DNA of 64,000 bases. Source: Dipteris shenzhenensis (Eukaryota). The position numbers and the translations under genes are program-made. Below, in pieces: positions 52,754 to 64,000 of this stretch. A model generated the notes under the pieces. The model was given only the letters and a program-made list of their open reading frames with translations, did not search any database and was not told the origin of the DNA. The DNA lies in NCBI GenBank assembly GCA_047967505.1, contig CM106538.1. One strand, given 5' to 3'. The stretch's first letter is position 1, and the number at the start of each line of letters is the position of its first letter.

Positions 52754-54714
52754 CTACATCTTTAGACTGGTCTCACTGCCTCTGCTATCCTCAATGTCTG
52801 TGTCATATTCACCTGTGCATTGCGATTGGCTACCGTTTATGCTACCATCAAGACTTCTCTGATCTTCAGACCTTGTTCCTGGCTGTTGCTTCCAACTGGA
52901 ACTCTCAGATTTGCCATCTTCACCCACACTCTCTTCTCTGTAACTATCACCTGACCCATGGACTCCCGCTGGTGACTGACCAGTGGACTGCAAAGGCCCT
53001 TGCGGTGAGCTTTGCGAATGAGCAGGAGCAGTCTGTTGATCACAATATAGTGAGGACTGCAAATGCCTTTGATCAGGAGAACCCAGTTGAGAGTAGAATT
53101 CCTGGGTAACAGATGCCTGGCACAAGTGAGGTTGTTGTGCAGAGTTGTACAACGATGGAGTTTGCTGGGCAGCATGTGCAGCATATTCAGGGGGAACCCA
53201 TATCCCACCAAGCACAACCAGCTGTGGCGTCTGAGGAGCTGTCGACTGAGATGGACTGGGCCTTCTTGTGTGCAATCGATACTTCTGAAAACAAAGACAA
53301 TAGAAGCGGTAAGATCAAAGAAATAAACCTGACGAGGAGTTAATCAGAGCGGAATAAACTCGTTCGTGTACCTGAAGATGGCTCTTGACTTCGTCGTTCG
53401 TAAGCCCTTCAACCTTCATCAGTTCTCGTATCTGCTTTGGAGTTGCCACTGTTGTGACGAACGAGGTAAGAATCAGTATTGCGCGATACAAGTGCGTAAT
53501 TTGCCGCGTTTTAATAAGCCACAAAATGCGGGCAAGCGATGCAGACGCTCTACCTTGGGAACCACCAAGCTGTTGCAAAGCGCTGACAAAGCGACGATGT
53601 AACTCAGGGGACCAACACCTCCTTGCTTTTCTTGCTGGCTGACAGAGGTTTGCACCGTCCGCTACACCGCCATTACCCTGGACAACGAGCTCCTTCGCTT
53701 GTTGCTGCACATCTTCCCTTGCTTTTAGCCTGACTTGGTTGGGTGAAGAGTTCTCACAGGCAGACGGGCTGACCTCTGGATCTCCGCAAGAAAGTGCCAG
53801 ATCTGAAGGATTAACTGGCCCAGGTTTCGGAGACGGTTGAACTACTTGCTTGTCCCGCGAGAACGGCAAGAACGCTCCACCTGATCTCTGCTTAGAATGC
53901 AAGAATAATTTGGAGGAGCTGAAGGCTTGCTCTTGCATGGGCTGCGAGTCCCCCTTGTCCGTATTTCCTGTTCCTGACGAGCATCTCTGCAAAGAAGCAA
54001 CCAAATGTCAGGTACATTGAGGTGAGCTTAAACTTGCAAGGTGGGATAAACGACAGGGACAGGGATTTTACTTCTTGTCTATGGCCGTTAAGCTCCGCCT
54101 GTGGACACCACAACTGTGCAACAGTCATCCAACTAGGTTTATCCTCGTTCGCATGTCTGCAAATCCTTTCCTCTGCGTGCTCTTCTTCGTTGCTTTCTTT
54201 GGAGGAAGTGGTAGTTGGCTTTTTCAGAGGAAGAAATTCCTCGAGAACAGCCCTGTCGCTTGTGCTCTGTACACTCAAATCATTGTTCAAGTTACAACTC
54301 ACTTGAACTTGAGGCCGCCTCTGCGATGATGGCCGACATTCAGCCAACTGCTCTTTGGACGCCTCAATAGCTGAGATACAGGAGAGGAAGAGACAGAGAC
54401 AGACAAAGAGAACATCCCATTCAAGTCTCCTTGTTAGCACCCGGAAGCAAAAAAAGCACCGCGTAAGCTCGGAATCGCAAACCCAGAGGAGAAGGAAAGT
54501 TTTACTTACCATCATGCAACAACTGCATGCACAAAGGAAGCTCTCTTTTGAAGGCCTCGATCTTCTTACGCTCGGCTTCCAATGCATTCAAGTACTTCTC
54601 AAGGCTACGCAGTCGCTCCAGCTTGTCGTCGGAATACGACATGCTTTTGAGAGCAGTCGATGCGGATGGAGTAGAAGGTCGACATTCGAGAAACATTTCA
54701 ACGGGGGATGCCAT
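52754..54714 (-). CDS. HHO: GARP G2-like Myb transcription factor of the NIGT1/HRS1/HHO family. Exons 54714-54510, 54370-54072, 53986-53554, 53448-53372, 53284-52754
   Basis: N-terminal coiled coil [22 protein letters not shown] and family motifs [16 protein letters not shown] and GGAFLPF. The GARP domain reads [60 protein letters not shown], followed by [10 protein letters not shown]. All introns are GT-AG and in phase. Confidence 0.96.
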
Positions 54715-55369
54715 GTGTGAGGAGAAGAAGTTGAGCTGGGGCAGCGACAGATCAAAACCAAAGTGCAAGACTCGATAGAATCAAAACAGCATTCACAGTC
54801 AGCGACGATCTAAGACCAAGGAAGTGAAAGCGACTGCGATGATCGAATGCAAGGGGGGGAAAGAGCGGCAAGCAAAACCGCGGGAGAAGGCGAAACGCGA
54901 TGGGAGTCAAGAGAAGAAGCAGGAGGGCAAGGGAAGGAAAGAAGTCGTTCGATGTGGGAGAGGAAATATGGCGACAGGAGAATGTGTGAAAGGGAAGGAA
55001 AGGGGAAGAGGGGAAAGGGGAGGGGGGGGGGGGGGGGGGGCAAGGATTGCAAGCGAAGCGAGGAGGGAAGAGGAAAAGGGAAGAGAAACAGGAGGAGGAG
55101 GTGGAGTAAAGCGGGGGGTTCTAAGCAAGGAAGAAAGGCAGAAAAGCAAGGGGGGATGGAAAGGGGGGGAGCTTGGAAAACGGAGGAGTGCAGGGGAAAG
55201 AAATGCGGGAGATGAAAGAAGAGCTTTGACAGAAGTTCGCCATAGCTTTGAGCTCAAAACTGATCTTTCACAGAACAGAGAAGATGGAATTTTGAACACC
55301 GGAAAAATGAAGACGATGAAGAAGATGAAGATGAAGATGATGACGAAGATTTCGATGAGGCATTTCTAA

Positions 55370-55495
55370 GAATATACTCTTCCTTGTTGGAATACAGAAT
55401 CTTATTATGACTTGTCCCCCCAAATTTTTCCCCCTTTTTTTTATTTTTCTCATTTCTTCCTACAGGGGCGCCCTCCCCTCTGTCCCCTCCACGTG
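55370..55495 (-). promoter_or_regulatory. Proximal upstream motifs of the NIGT1-like gene: P1BS, GAATC and G-box
   Basis: GAATATAC (fits GNATATNC) at 55370-55377, AGAATCT at 55396-55402 and CACGTG at 55490-55495. A further GGATATGC lies at 56191-56198. Confidence 0.5.
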
Positions 55496-56939
55496 TCCCC
55501 TGCCTCCCACCCCTTTCCTTAATCCCCTTTCAAAACCCTTTTTGTCTTAGCTAACCGCCACATTTGTACCCTCCTTAATACCTACTCTTAAACAAGCTCT
55601 GTAAGCGCTACAATTTTATCCTTTTCATTTCAAATTACCAACGCCCTCTCTATCTACCAAATAGGCTAGAGAACATCATTCCCGAAATTGCCATCTTTCA
55701 CGCAGGTTTGATGTATACTGAGTTAGCTTCAAGTCCGTTGCAAACCTTCCACCATACATTCTTGATTACAACACATTCCCAAAAGATGTGAAAATGGGTC
55801 TCTTTTTTGCATCTACACAACGGACACAACGGAGATATGCTGGGATTTACAAAGCCTAAAGCACTGGGTTCCCTTCATCAAGCGATTTTTCAAGATCTAG
55901 TTGTACCTCTCAAATACTTGGCTAGAACGAATGAGGCTTATAGGCAACTAACGGTTATCGTAAGTTTTGGAGCATACCTTTCTATACGAGGTTGATCTTT
56001 GATCTTTGTACTTTCGCCTTTTTTGTGCGTGATATATAATACTTTTTTCCTCGAAAAAAAAACAATACAACAAATTTCCCAAGAGCTCGTTGACCCCACT
56101 ACCATCCCTCCCATTTGTCTAATGTTATGAGCACCTCTCCTCTCTTCATGGCTCTTGGAGTGCCACACAATCAATGTGGTCCAAGGGGTGGGATATGCTA
56201 GAGAATTTCTAGATGCTTTGTACCCTCATCAATATATGACAGCTTTCTAATACCTGAGGTTGTATCCTATTATCCTATGAGATAAATCAAACTTGGTATT
56301 GTGGCATATTAGTTCACACAACAACTCCAAGGAGCTTTCATAGTGACTAAAGAAAATACTTAATTTGCCAAGTAAGCAGATGAACTACTTTCTCAACTTT
56401 ATTCACATAGATGTGCCAACCTTTTCTTCAATATTGCCAAGGTTCATGCACTCTTGTCATAGCAAAGAACTATTGTACAAGTTTTCGAAGATGCTTATAA
56501 CAGATTGTGAGGATTTCCTCTTGGATTTATGGTTGCTACAATGGCTCAACAACCCTAAAGCTCACACCAAAGGCCAACAAAAGCATAAGAGGAGAAAAGA
56601 ACTATGGTTACGGCATTGGCTCAACAACCCTAAAGCTCACACCAAAGGCCAACTGAAAGCATAAGAGACAAAAAGAGAAAGGAGAAGGAGGTCATCAATT
56701 ATGTGGATGAGTTTGTGAGGAGCCTTTAAAGAGGAAGCAACACATGCTCATCATGATTATAACATCCCACAAGACTCCATCTTTTGCATCGGGAATTGAC
56801 AAACCAATAGTTCAAAAAATGATTTTTGTTAATTTACAGAAATGTTCCAACTTATGCAATCTAGACTAAAACCTTACATCATGTTGTGCTAATGCATACC
56901 ATGCGATTATGCATAATGTGATACAATTTAGCTTCCATG

Positions 56940-58500
56940 GTTTTTTTGTTTTGAGGGAAAATGAAATTGATATTAAAACAAAGAAAATTTTGGAAAAACT
57001 GCTTATAGCTCTATCTAGAGAGCATCTCTAAGGGCTCGAGAGGCAGGTTGAAGCTTAATTGCCTTATTGCTATAAAAAGAGACGACTGTCAAAATCTCAA
57101 TGCTAATATTATTACAAAAATCCCTGTTGATTTTACAATGGTGGAAGACAATCTTATTTCTATTCTTGCCAAATATCTTGGATGGCCATAGCTCGGATAG
57201 TACTCCATAGAAATGACTCACATTACGGGAAAGCATGACCAAAGATAAAAGTTGCAGTGAAAAACAAAAGATACTCTCATAAGTAAAAAGAGAGAGTCGA
57301 GCTAACAAAAGACCATCGAGGACACATAGGGATTTTATGACGCCTCAGCACTAATCCTAGAGAGAAGCATGGGCCATATAGAAGTTCTCATCCGGATGAA
57401 ACTTGCACGCCGATCGAACTGACAGGGCAAGGAAAACTTCTACGATGAATGCATGATGCTGGCTAGGAACGAAGCATAGAAATCGAGCACAAACACTAAG
57501 ATCAGCGGCAACAGAACACCAGCATGAGGCAATAAGGAAAGCTTAGTCGTTCTCACTTAGGGGATTTGGGCCAGCACCTTCAACCATACATATAGAAGGT
57601 CGCAGGTGAAAAACTTTGTCAATCCCCACTTCCAAATGCCATCGAACTACCGAAGGAGGATAGAGAGCCACTCAAGAAAATCAACGTGAACACGGTTGAC
57701 AAAACCCACAACAAGCCAATACGGAATGGAGCAAGAGTGACACAATTGACGTGCCAACATTCAAAACCAAGTCACCTGATAAATAAAAACGAGATAGCAA
57801 GTCCAAAGATAAAACCGGAAGCCATGAACATTGGAAGAGACTAACCCGTGAAACAGAAGAGAAACGATAAATGATCTAACATAAGAACCATGGAAGACGC
57901 ACAAGAAGAGCAAGAACTTAGATTGAAAAAACCTTTCGCAATCCAACCAACACCAATACGAGTTCAGCACAGTAAACCATCTTGAAGAGCCATCCCAACT
58001 CCTTTGAGGAACAAAGTTATTCAGCAACGAGAAGGACAGGAGCACGAGCAGACGAGGAAATACATGAAAGGGTGACAATCAAAGAGTTGAGAAAGGAACC
58101 AAAGCTTGGAGGACGAATCGCAGATATCATAAGGCAAGATAAGCGTGCATTGCAAGAACGGCCACTACACTTGATGCATGAGGATCCATGAACAAAGGCG
58201 CATTGAGAGTGGAGTTCCTCACATCAGCTCGAACCATAAACATGGGAGGTTATTGAATGTCTTTTTAGAACAGACGAAGCTAGGCTTCTGTCATTTGATA
58301 AACCGCTTTAGATACAGTGAGAATGAGCCCTCCCAAGAGAGATAGCTTCACACTGGCGCTCTAAGGAGCAAAGGAAACCAAAGCAGACTTATCATGCAGC
58401 CACCAAGGCAATCCAAATGAGGAGGAGGATGAGGGAAAACACCCAGCAAGGAAGGAGAAGTAGCTTAGCGATTAAGCCGTCAACATAACTATTGGCAGAG
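56940..58500 (-). mobile_element. 3' fragment of a decayed LINE
   Basis: Minus-strand LWPSKIFGKNRNKIVFH resembles the W.IW..RN..VF C-terminal motif of plant L1 ORF2. It ends in a T-rich tract on + (A-rich tail on -) at ~56941. Confidence 0.5.
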
Positions 58501-61500
58501 CTCTTTAAAATCACCTAACTATAATGAAACTGCTAGTTTAGATCAAGCCAAAATACGTGGTTATAGAAGGGCGTACTAGCAAAACATGCAAAGTCATCTA
58601 TACTTATAAATCTATTCTACTTTTTATTAACCATAAGCCTTGGACCATATTAGCCTCGAAATCTCAAATTAAAGCAAGAAGCGTCAGCCATAAACCATCC
58701 CTCATTTGAAATCGACCGTGAACTCTTTAGCTTAGCATCAAGCAACTGTACAACCATTTATTGAAATCGACAATTGAACTTTCTAACTCAGTATCTTATG
58801 TTACTTCAATCACATCATTATCATCAGTGCAACATCGATAGAAGGTGTTCGAGCATCAAAAAAGCTTCTAAGAATTTTAATGATCTATTCCGTAATCATC
58901 AAATAATTGACATAGCAAAAGAAGCCGAACTCCAACATGCAGCATCCTAAAACTCGTCCATTATCACCATTTTCAAGAACTTGTACGACCAAAAGCACTA
59001 ATCATCGACCAATCATACAAATAGCAAAAAAGGAGCCAATTGCCTAATTAAAGCAACCCATCATAGAGCTTAATAACATGCAAACCATAAAAAGTAAACA
59101 AATTTTGCTACATCTAAAACTAATATAAGAAGAAACCGCTGCCTTCTTTTAAATAACAAACGAGTCTTACGCCTAAAGCATAAGGAAGCAAAGGAATTTC
59201 GTTGGAGAACAAAAATTTGAAAGTACAACATCATCCTTATAATCTTTGCTCCCTAAGTATAATCTAATTCAAAAGGAAAGCAAACTATCTGACATGGGAG
59301 TATAGAATGACAAAGTGTTTTGTAAGTGATATCTGTTATGTAGTTTAAGCTTCATCAAAATTGAAGTTAATATAAGTTCTCCACTTAAATTGTTTGTGGA
59401 CTACGATTATCATTCCACAACAGATGTCATGTGAAAATTATTTGTTGTTCACCTAGTAAGCATGAAAGTTCACTGAACTTGGAAAATTCATAGGGTGGAG
59501 TCTGATCCTTCACACCAAATGACACACACTTGGTCGTGGTCTTTTGTAGTTGCATTGCAGTCTCCACATCGCATGCCATTTTGAAGCTAGTAGTATCCTG
59601 GTATGTCTTCTCAATGGTCATTCTTTGTAACTTGATATGAAAATTGCTCTTGCAAAACTAGAACAAAGCAAGAGAGAGCTAGATGCATTTTAATTGCTCT
59701 TTAATAGAAAGTATTGGTTCTTCTTGCTAAATTCCATAGAGTTTGAGTAGTAAATAACATGTGGTTGTAAATGTATGCGTAAAGTTTGTAAGTTGAAATA
59801 ATATGTGTTATATAAGAGTCCCTTTGGGTGAAAATTGCAAGTATCTTTGACACTCATCGGATACATATGTTTTTCATATTTTTATTGATGCCTCCCACTA
59901 GAGTCATTGCTTTCTCCACATTGTTTGAGGAAAGAGAGAATCCAAAAAATATCAATTGATATTATATCCTTTTTGAGACAACCATGATTTCTCTACCTAA
60001 GATTCCCTTGGTGAGTCTAAATTTTGCTTAGTGGGTTTCATACAAAACCAAATCATTTGTTTTCGTATTACTTACTACTTTATATGTTACCTTTAAATTT
60101 CATTTAGTATCTCGTTGACTCTAATGTTAGAATTGAAAGATATGGAGCTTTGGATACTTATGAATAACAATTAGTGGCACTAGGTTTGCACTAATAGGCA
60201 TTGAATTATCTCTGAAGGAATCGATTACATTTTTAGTGGCATTGTCCAACTCGCTAAATTCCTAGAAAAAGGGCACCGATGTTCTTGATTTCCATCTAGT
60301 TAGCTAGTTGAAGGAAGTTATGTCCATTTATTGGCTACTCATCTTGAGGCTAGCAGTCTTTGAAAATGCAAGATATTGACATTGTGTTCATGCACAATGT
60401 ATAAAGAGGAGCATGTTATTGGCTAGGTTTCAAAATTTAGATACGATTGGGATAAGAAGGCATTGAATGCATACACAAATGATACCCTTTACCTTTCCAG
60501 ATTGTCTCCAAACTATATGCACTGATATATGCAATTCATTTGGCAATTTCATAAAATTAATTCCCTAAATACCCTCACAATGATCGAATTCAATTGTATG
60601 TCTATTAGAGAGCAAGCTAGCATGATAAAATAAGAACTAACTAAAATATCTCACTATTTATAAAATTAGATTGAGCAAGGCTCACAGGTAACAAATACCA
60701 TGCAACAATGTGACATTGAACAATGACAAGAATTAAGTGCGAAGTACGGGTTGTATAAATGACTAAAAAGGGCCATCGTAATTTTCTATCAATGAGAATG
60801 CTATATGCAAAATCGTATTCAAAATTGGATTTAGCATGCATAAATGCCAATGCATATGCATTTGTGTGAAGATTTAGTGAATGAAAGCCCAAGACTAATG
60901 CCAATAGACTTATATCTTGGCAAGACTTTATATGGCTTATGCCATTAGAGTATTGTTAATTCTCTAGTAGTCCATGGGATATGAAGAATAATGTCAAGTA
61001 GTCGAGATTAAGAGGGGCTTCTACTACTAAATGCATTGATTAATCATTGTCTTTTTCTCCAAGACCAAAATTTCATATAGAATAGATAATGTTATTTTGT
61101 GGATTGATTCCATCATTGGCCAACCACCCATTTTGTATATGCCATCACTTTCTATATCTTTGTTGCTTGTGTATTCTTTTGTTGCCACCTCACTGTAGAA
61201 AATCTAGTGTTCATGTGCATCTTCTTTACTTTCAGTTTTCTATGGGATGTGAAGAAAAATGTTTGATAGTCAGCATTTAAAAGGGCCTTTTGCTATTAAA
61301 TTTCATTGATTGAGCATTAATCTTTTTTCCCAAGCCAAAAATTGTTTTTTCCCCCTAAAAAGAAACAACTTTTATGGTGGTCATTTTGAAAGGTGTGAGA
61401 TGGGATGCTAGTCTACTGGAATGCCTATAGTGGAGTTGGGCAGTAAACCTGAGATCTGCCTTTAAAATGGGAGCAAGGACCTGGAACTTTAGGATAATAA

Positions 61501-62859
61501 AAGGGCCGGCTATTTGCAGGTTAAATGAGATGCAGAAGGTGGGCTACTGTCAGTCCGATGTGTTCTTTGTGTCGGAATGCCTCGGAGGATGTTATGCATT
61601 TGATATGGTCTTGTTTAATTTCTAAGCGTGTTTGGCTGGTTGTAGAAAGATTGGATTCCCTGTTCAGTTGAATTGAAAATTGGTGGTTTTGGGGATCGGG
61701 AGTGTTCGAAATAGCCAAGAGTGAGGAGGGGCTTTAGAGAGCAAGTTGTGCTCGGTAACCTTAAGCTTTGCTTATGTGATTTTGGGGTAACTCTTCGGAG
61801 GAGGGACTCATTGGTGTTGGCGGGTCTTTTGGGTGATCTTAGTCTGTGTCTTGGTTGATAGTAGGGTCTACTGTGCCTTTTGGGCATAGGTCACAGGAAA
61901 TTGTATGTTTCTATTGTGGATAGATTTCATCTTTAGCCCATGAACCCTTTCATAATGCCTTCACATTATTTTATACCTTTATTCCTTCTCCCACTGTTGT
62001 TCTTTCATGGACACCTTGATGAGTGTATTCATTTGTTACCACCTCACTTTACCAATTCACTTATTAATGCCCATCTTTTTTACTTTCATCATGGGTGTCA
62101 TGCCACTCTACATCTTATCCCTCCTAAATGGATGTTGCCCTAGGGATGGGGGCTCACACAAGCATTGAGGAAACCATAAGTACTCTTAATGTCACGGAGT
62201 GAATTATGTTGGAAAAAGATTGAGCTTACATGAGTAGTGAAGGAAGGGTGGGCATCATAGGTCTCTGTTATATGCATTAGTGTTGTATAGTGATAAGTGA
62301 AGCTCATAGAAATATTACACCGGTAATAAAGAGCTCACCATTAGAAGCCACCAGTTGACTATGAAGTATGAAAGTCACTCTTTTAAATAAATGTGAAACA
62401 CAAGGAAGAGAAGCTTCTAGCATGTACCTTCTTAGGTTGTGCATTTCTTTACAAAATGTATTGGAATTGAAAAGGTTTGAATGCTGATTGTCTCTTAGAG
62501 TATGCTAGATGTGCCCCTGGACACATGGAAATTGGACCTATTTGTAAATATAATAAACCATTGTCGATAACTTTATTTCATTACCTTTATAGTAGGCCAA
62601 GGCCCTTGGATCATTAGGCCAACATATATGTTCAATGAATGCAATAAAGATTAGACATTTTAGCAAGTAGCTTATACATTGAGGCTTACACGATGCACGA
62701 AAATCTAAGTGACGGGTACATTGAATTAGGGCAACTTGGCTGTGGGTAACTAGTTTATGAGGTGATCCACAAACACGAGTAGAAGAGGTATGAGGGAAGC
62801 AAGCTTGGAAAGGAGGTCTAACAAAAAGAAGAGGCAGAAAGCAAGGCTTCATTAAAGGG

Positions 62860-63300
62860 GGGGGAGTCGGTGGGAGGGACACGTGGGAGCGGACTGATTG
62901 CCAGGTCATATCAGTCGAAAGGGGGTGGTTCGCAGAAAGGGATCAAGGAAAACTCGTGGGAATTTAAAGGGGGGACCATCACGACAACGATACTGTAGGA
63001 GATTCCCCACTACAGGAATCTCTGGGAATATCTTTTCAGAAAACCGCCGCGTCTTCTATCCAAATATTTATTTGTGGGATATGCTGTTGCCCGATCCAGC
63101 GATTTTTTAAAAAACAGAGAACAGAAATTTGAACTGTGCGTATTTATTTAAAATTTTGGGAAAAAGTAATGTAGAATCTGGGCGAATCGCGCCTGGGGGG
63201 CGCCGCGTAAGACCACGTTTCGCGAGCTTTTGACTGTAGCCTCCGTCTTCCACGCGGCGGGCGCCCATTTCCCTGGCAAGGATCTTCTCTCATCTCTCAT
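62860..63300. promoter_or_regulatory. CpG-rich candidate regulatory island
   Basis: G-box CACGTG (62880), P1BS GGATATGC (63077-63084), several GAATC/GATTC (63001, 63016, 63174, 63184) and GAATATCT (63026), set in otherwise CpG-poor DNA. Confidence 0.45.
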
Positions 63301-64000
63301 CCTTCTTAATCCCTTAAAATCTAGTTGTCCAACTTAAAACTTCGATTGCTCCAATGATATGTTGAGTCTGCTCTTGGAATGCCATAATGACCTAGTCGTT
63401 GGACGTAAATGCTCAACTAAGAGCCTGTAATTTAAGGGTATGGCTCATGCAAATACTATTAGTGATACTATTATTGTGGTTTAGGTGGCCCTCATTTGGC
63501 CTTGGAGCATACCATGAGTGTCATGAAAGTCTTGCCTCAATTCACCTCACCACTACCTTTTGACCCTCATTGCCCCTGATCTTGCGGTAACCATAGAGAT
63601 TCCCCAATTAGCTCCCAATTAAATTGCATGTTGATAGGTTTTTTTTTGTTTGTATCTCTAAGAAAAGGTGGAAGAAAATACAAAAAGAGACACTTCTTGA
63701 GCCTACATGCTCTTAGCATACATAATAATGTATAGCCTATACACTCGAAGTCTAAACGTTATGAGGTGGCCTCATGTGAGCCTAGGGCAGCTATAGAAGG
63801 TAATGCTTTTGGTCCTAGCTGTCACCCAAACTTGTAAAAAAGAATTCCATCATATCCCCAACGCAAACGCGGAAGGTACCGAGTCCCAACTACTCTTTTG
63901 AAAAAGGGCTGTCCCCGAGGCTGTGTTTTGCATTGGGATTGACTCCACAAGGGTGCCACGTCAGAGAGAAGGATTATAAACATCGATAGAAATTGCAAGA

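Noticed and set aside
52504-53109. 201-aa + strand ORF overlapping the NIGT1-like last exon
   Set aside because: Antisense shadow with a non-ATG start and no recognisable motif.
54810-55369. Upstream ORFs in the NIGT1-like leader
   Set aside because: Low-complexity purine/pyrimidine tract with mostly non-ATG starts and no evidence of a conserved peptide.

Overview
Eukaryotic land-plant genomic DNA, probably from a large-genome seed-free plant such as a fern (inferred from the TE types and microsatellite style). Two intact intron-containing genes face each other. On + (4431-8192) is an uncharacterised 8-exon gene with an HNH-like motif, a partial Myb-like helix and long coiled coils. On - (54714-52754) is a 5-exon NIGT1/HRS1/HHO-type GARP transcription factor. 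About 44 kb of nested, decayed transposons separate them. The largest is a Tat-like Ty3/gypsy with an extra RNase H (13368-34892). It carries an hAT insertion in pol and a gag-only element in its 3' LTR, and that element contains a full-length Ty1/copia. The rest are a Sola2-like transposase relic, a second gypsy relic with extra ORFs, L1-type LINE relics and a non-autonomous hAT. The most interesting non-TE signals are regulatory: a helically phased array of nine GAATC/GATTC motifs plus MSA/CHR-like motifs upstream of the HNH-like gene, and P1BS and GAATC clusters near and 8 kb upstream of the NIGT1-like gene. All calls come from reading by eye; no searches were run.
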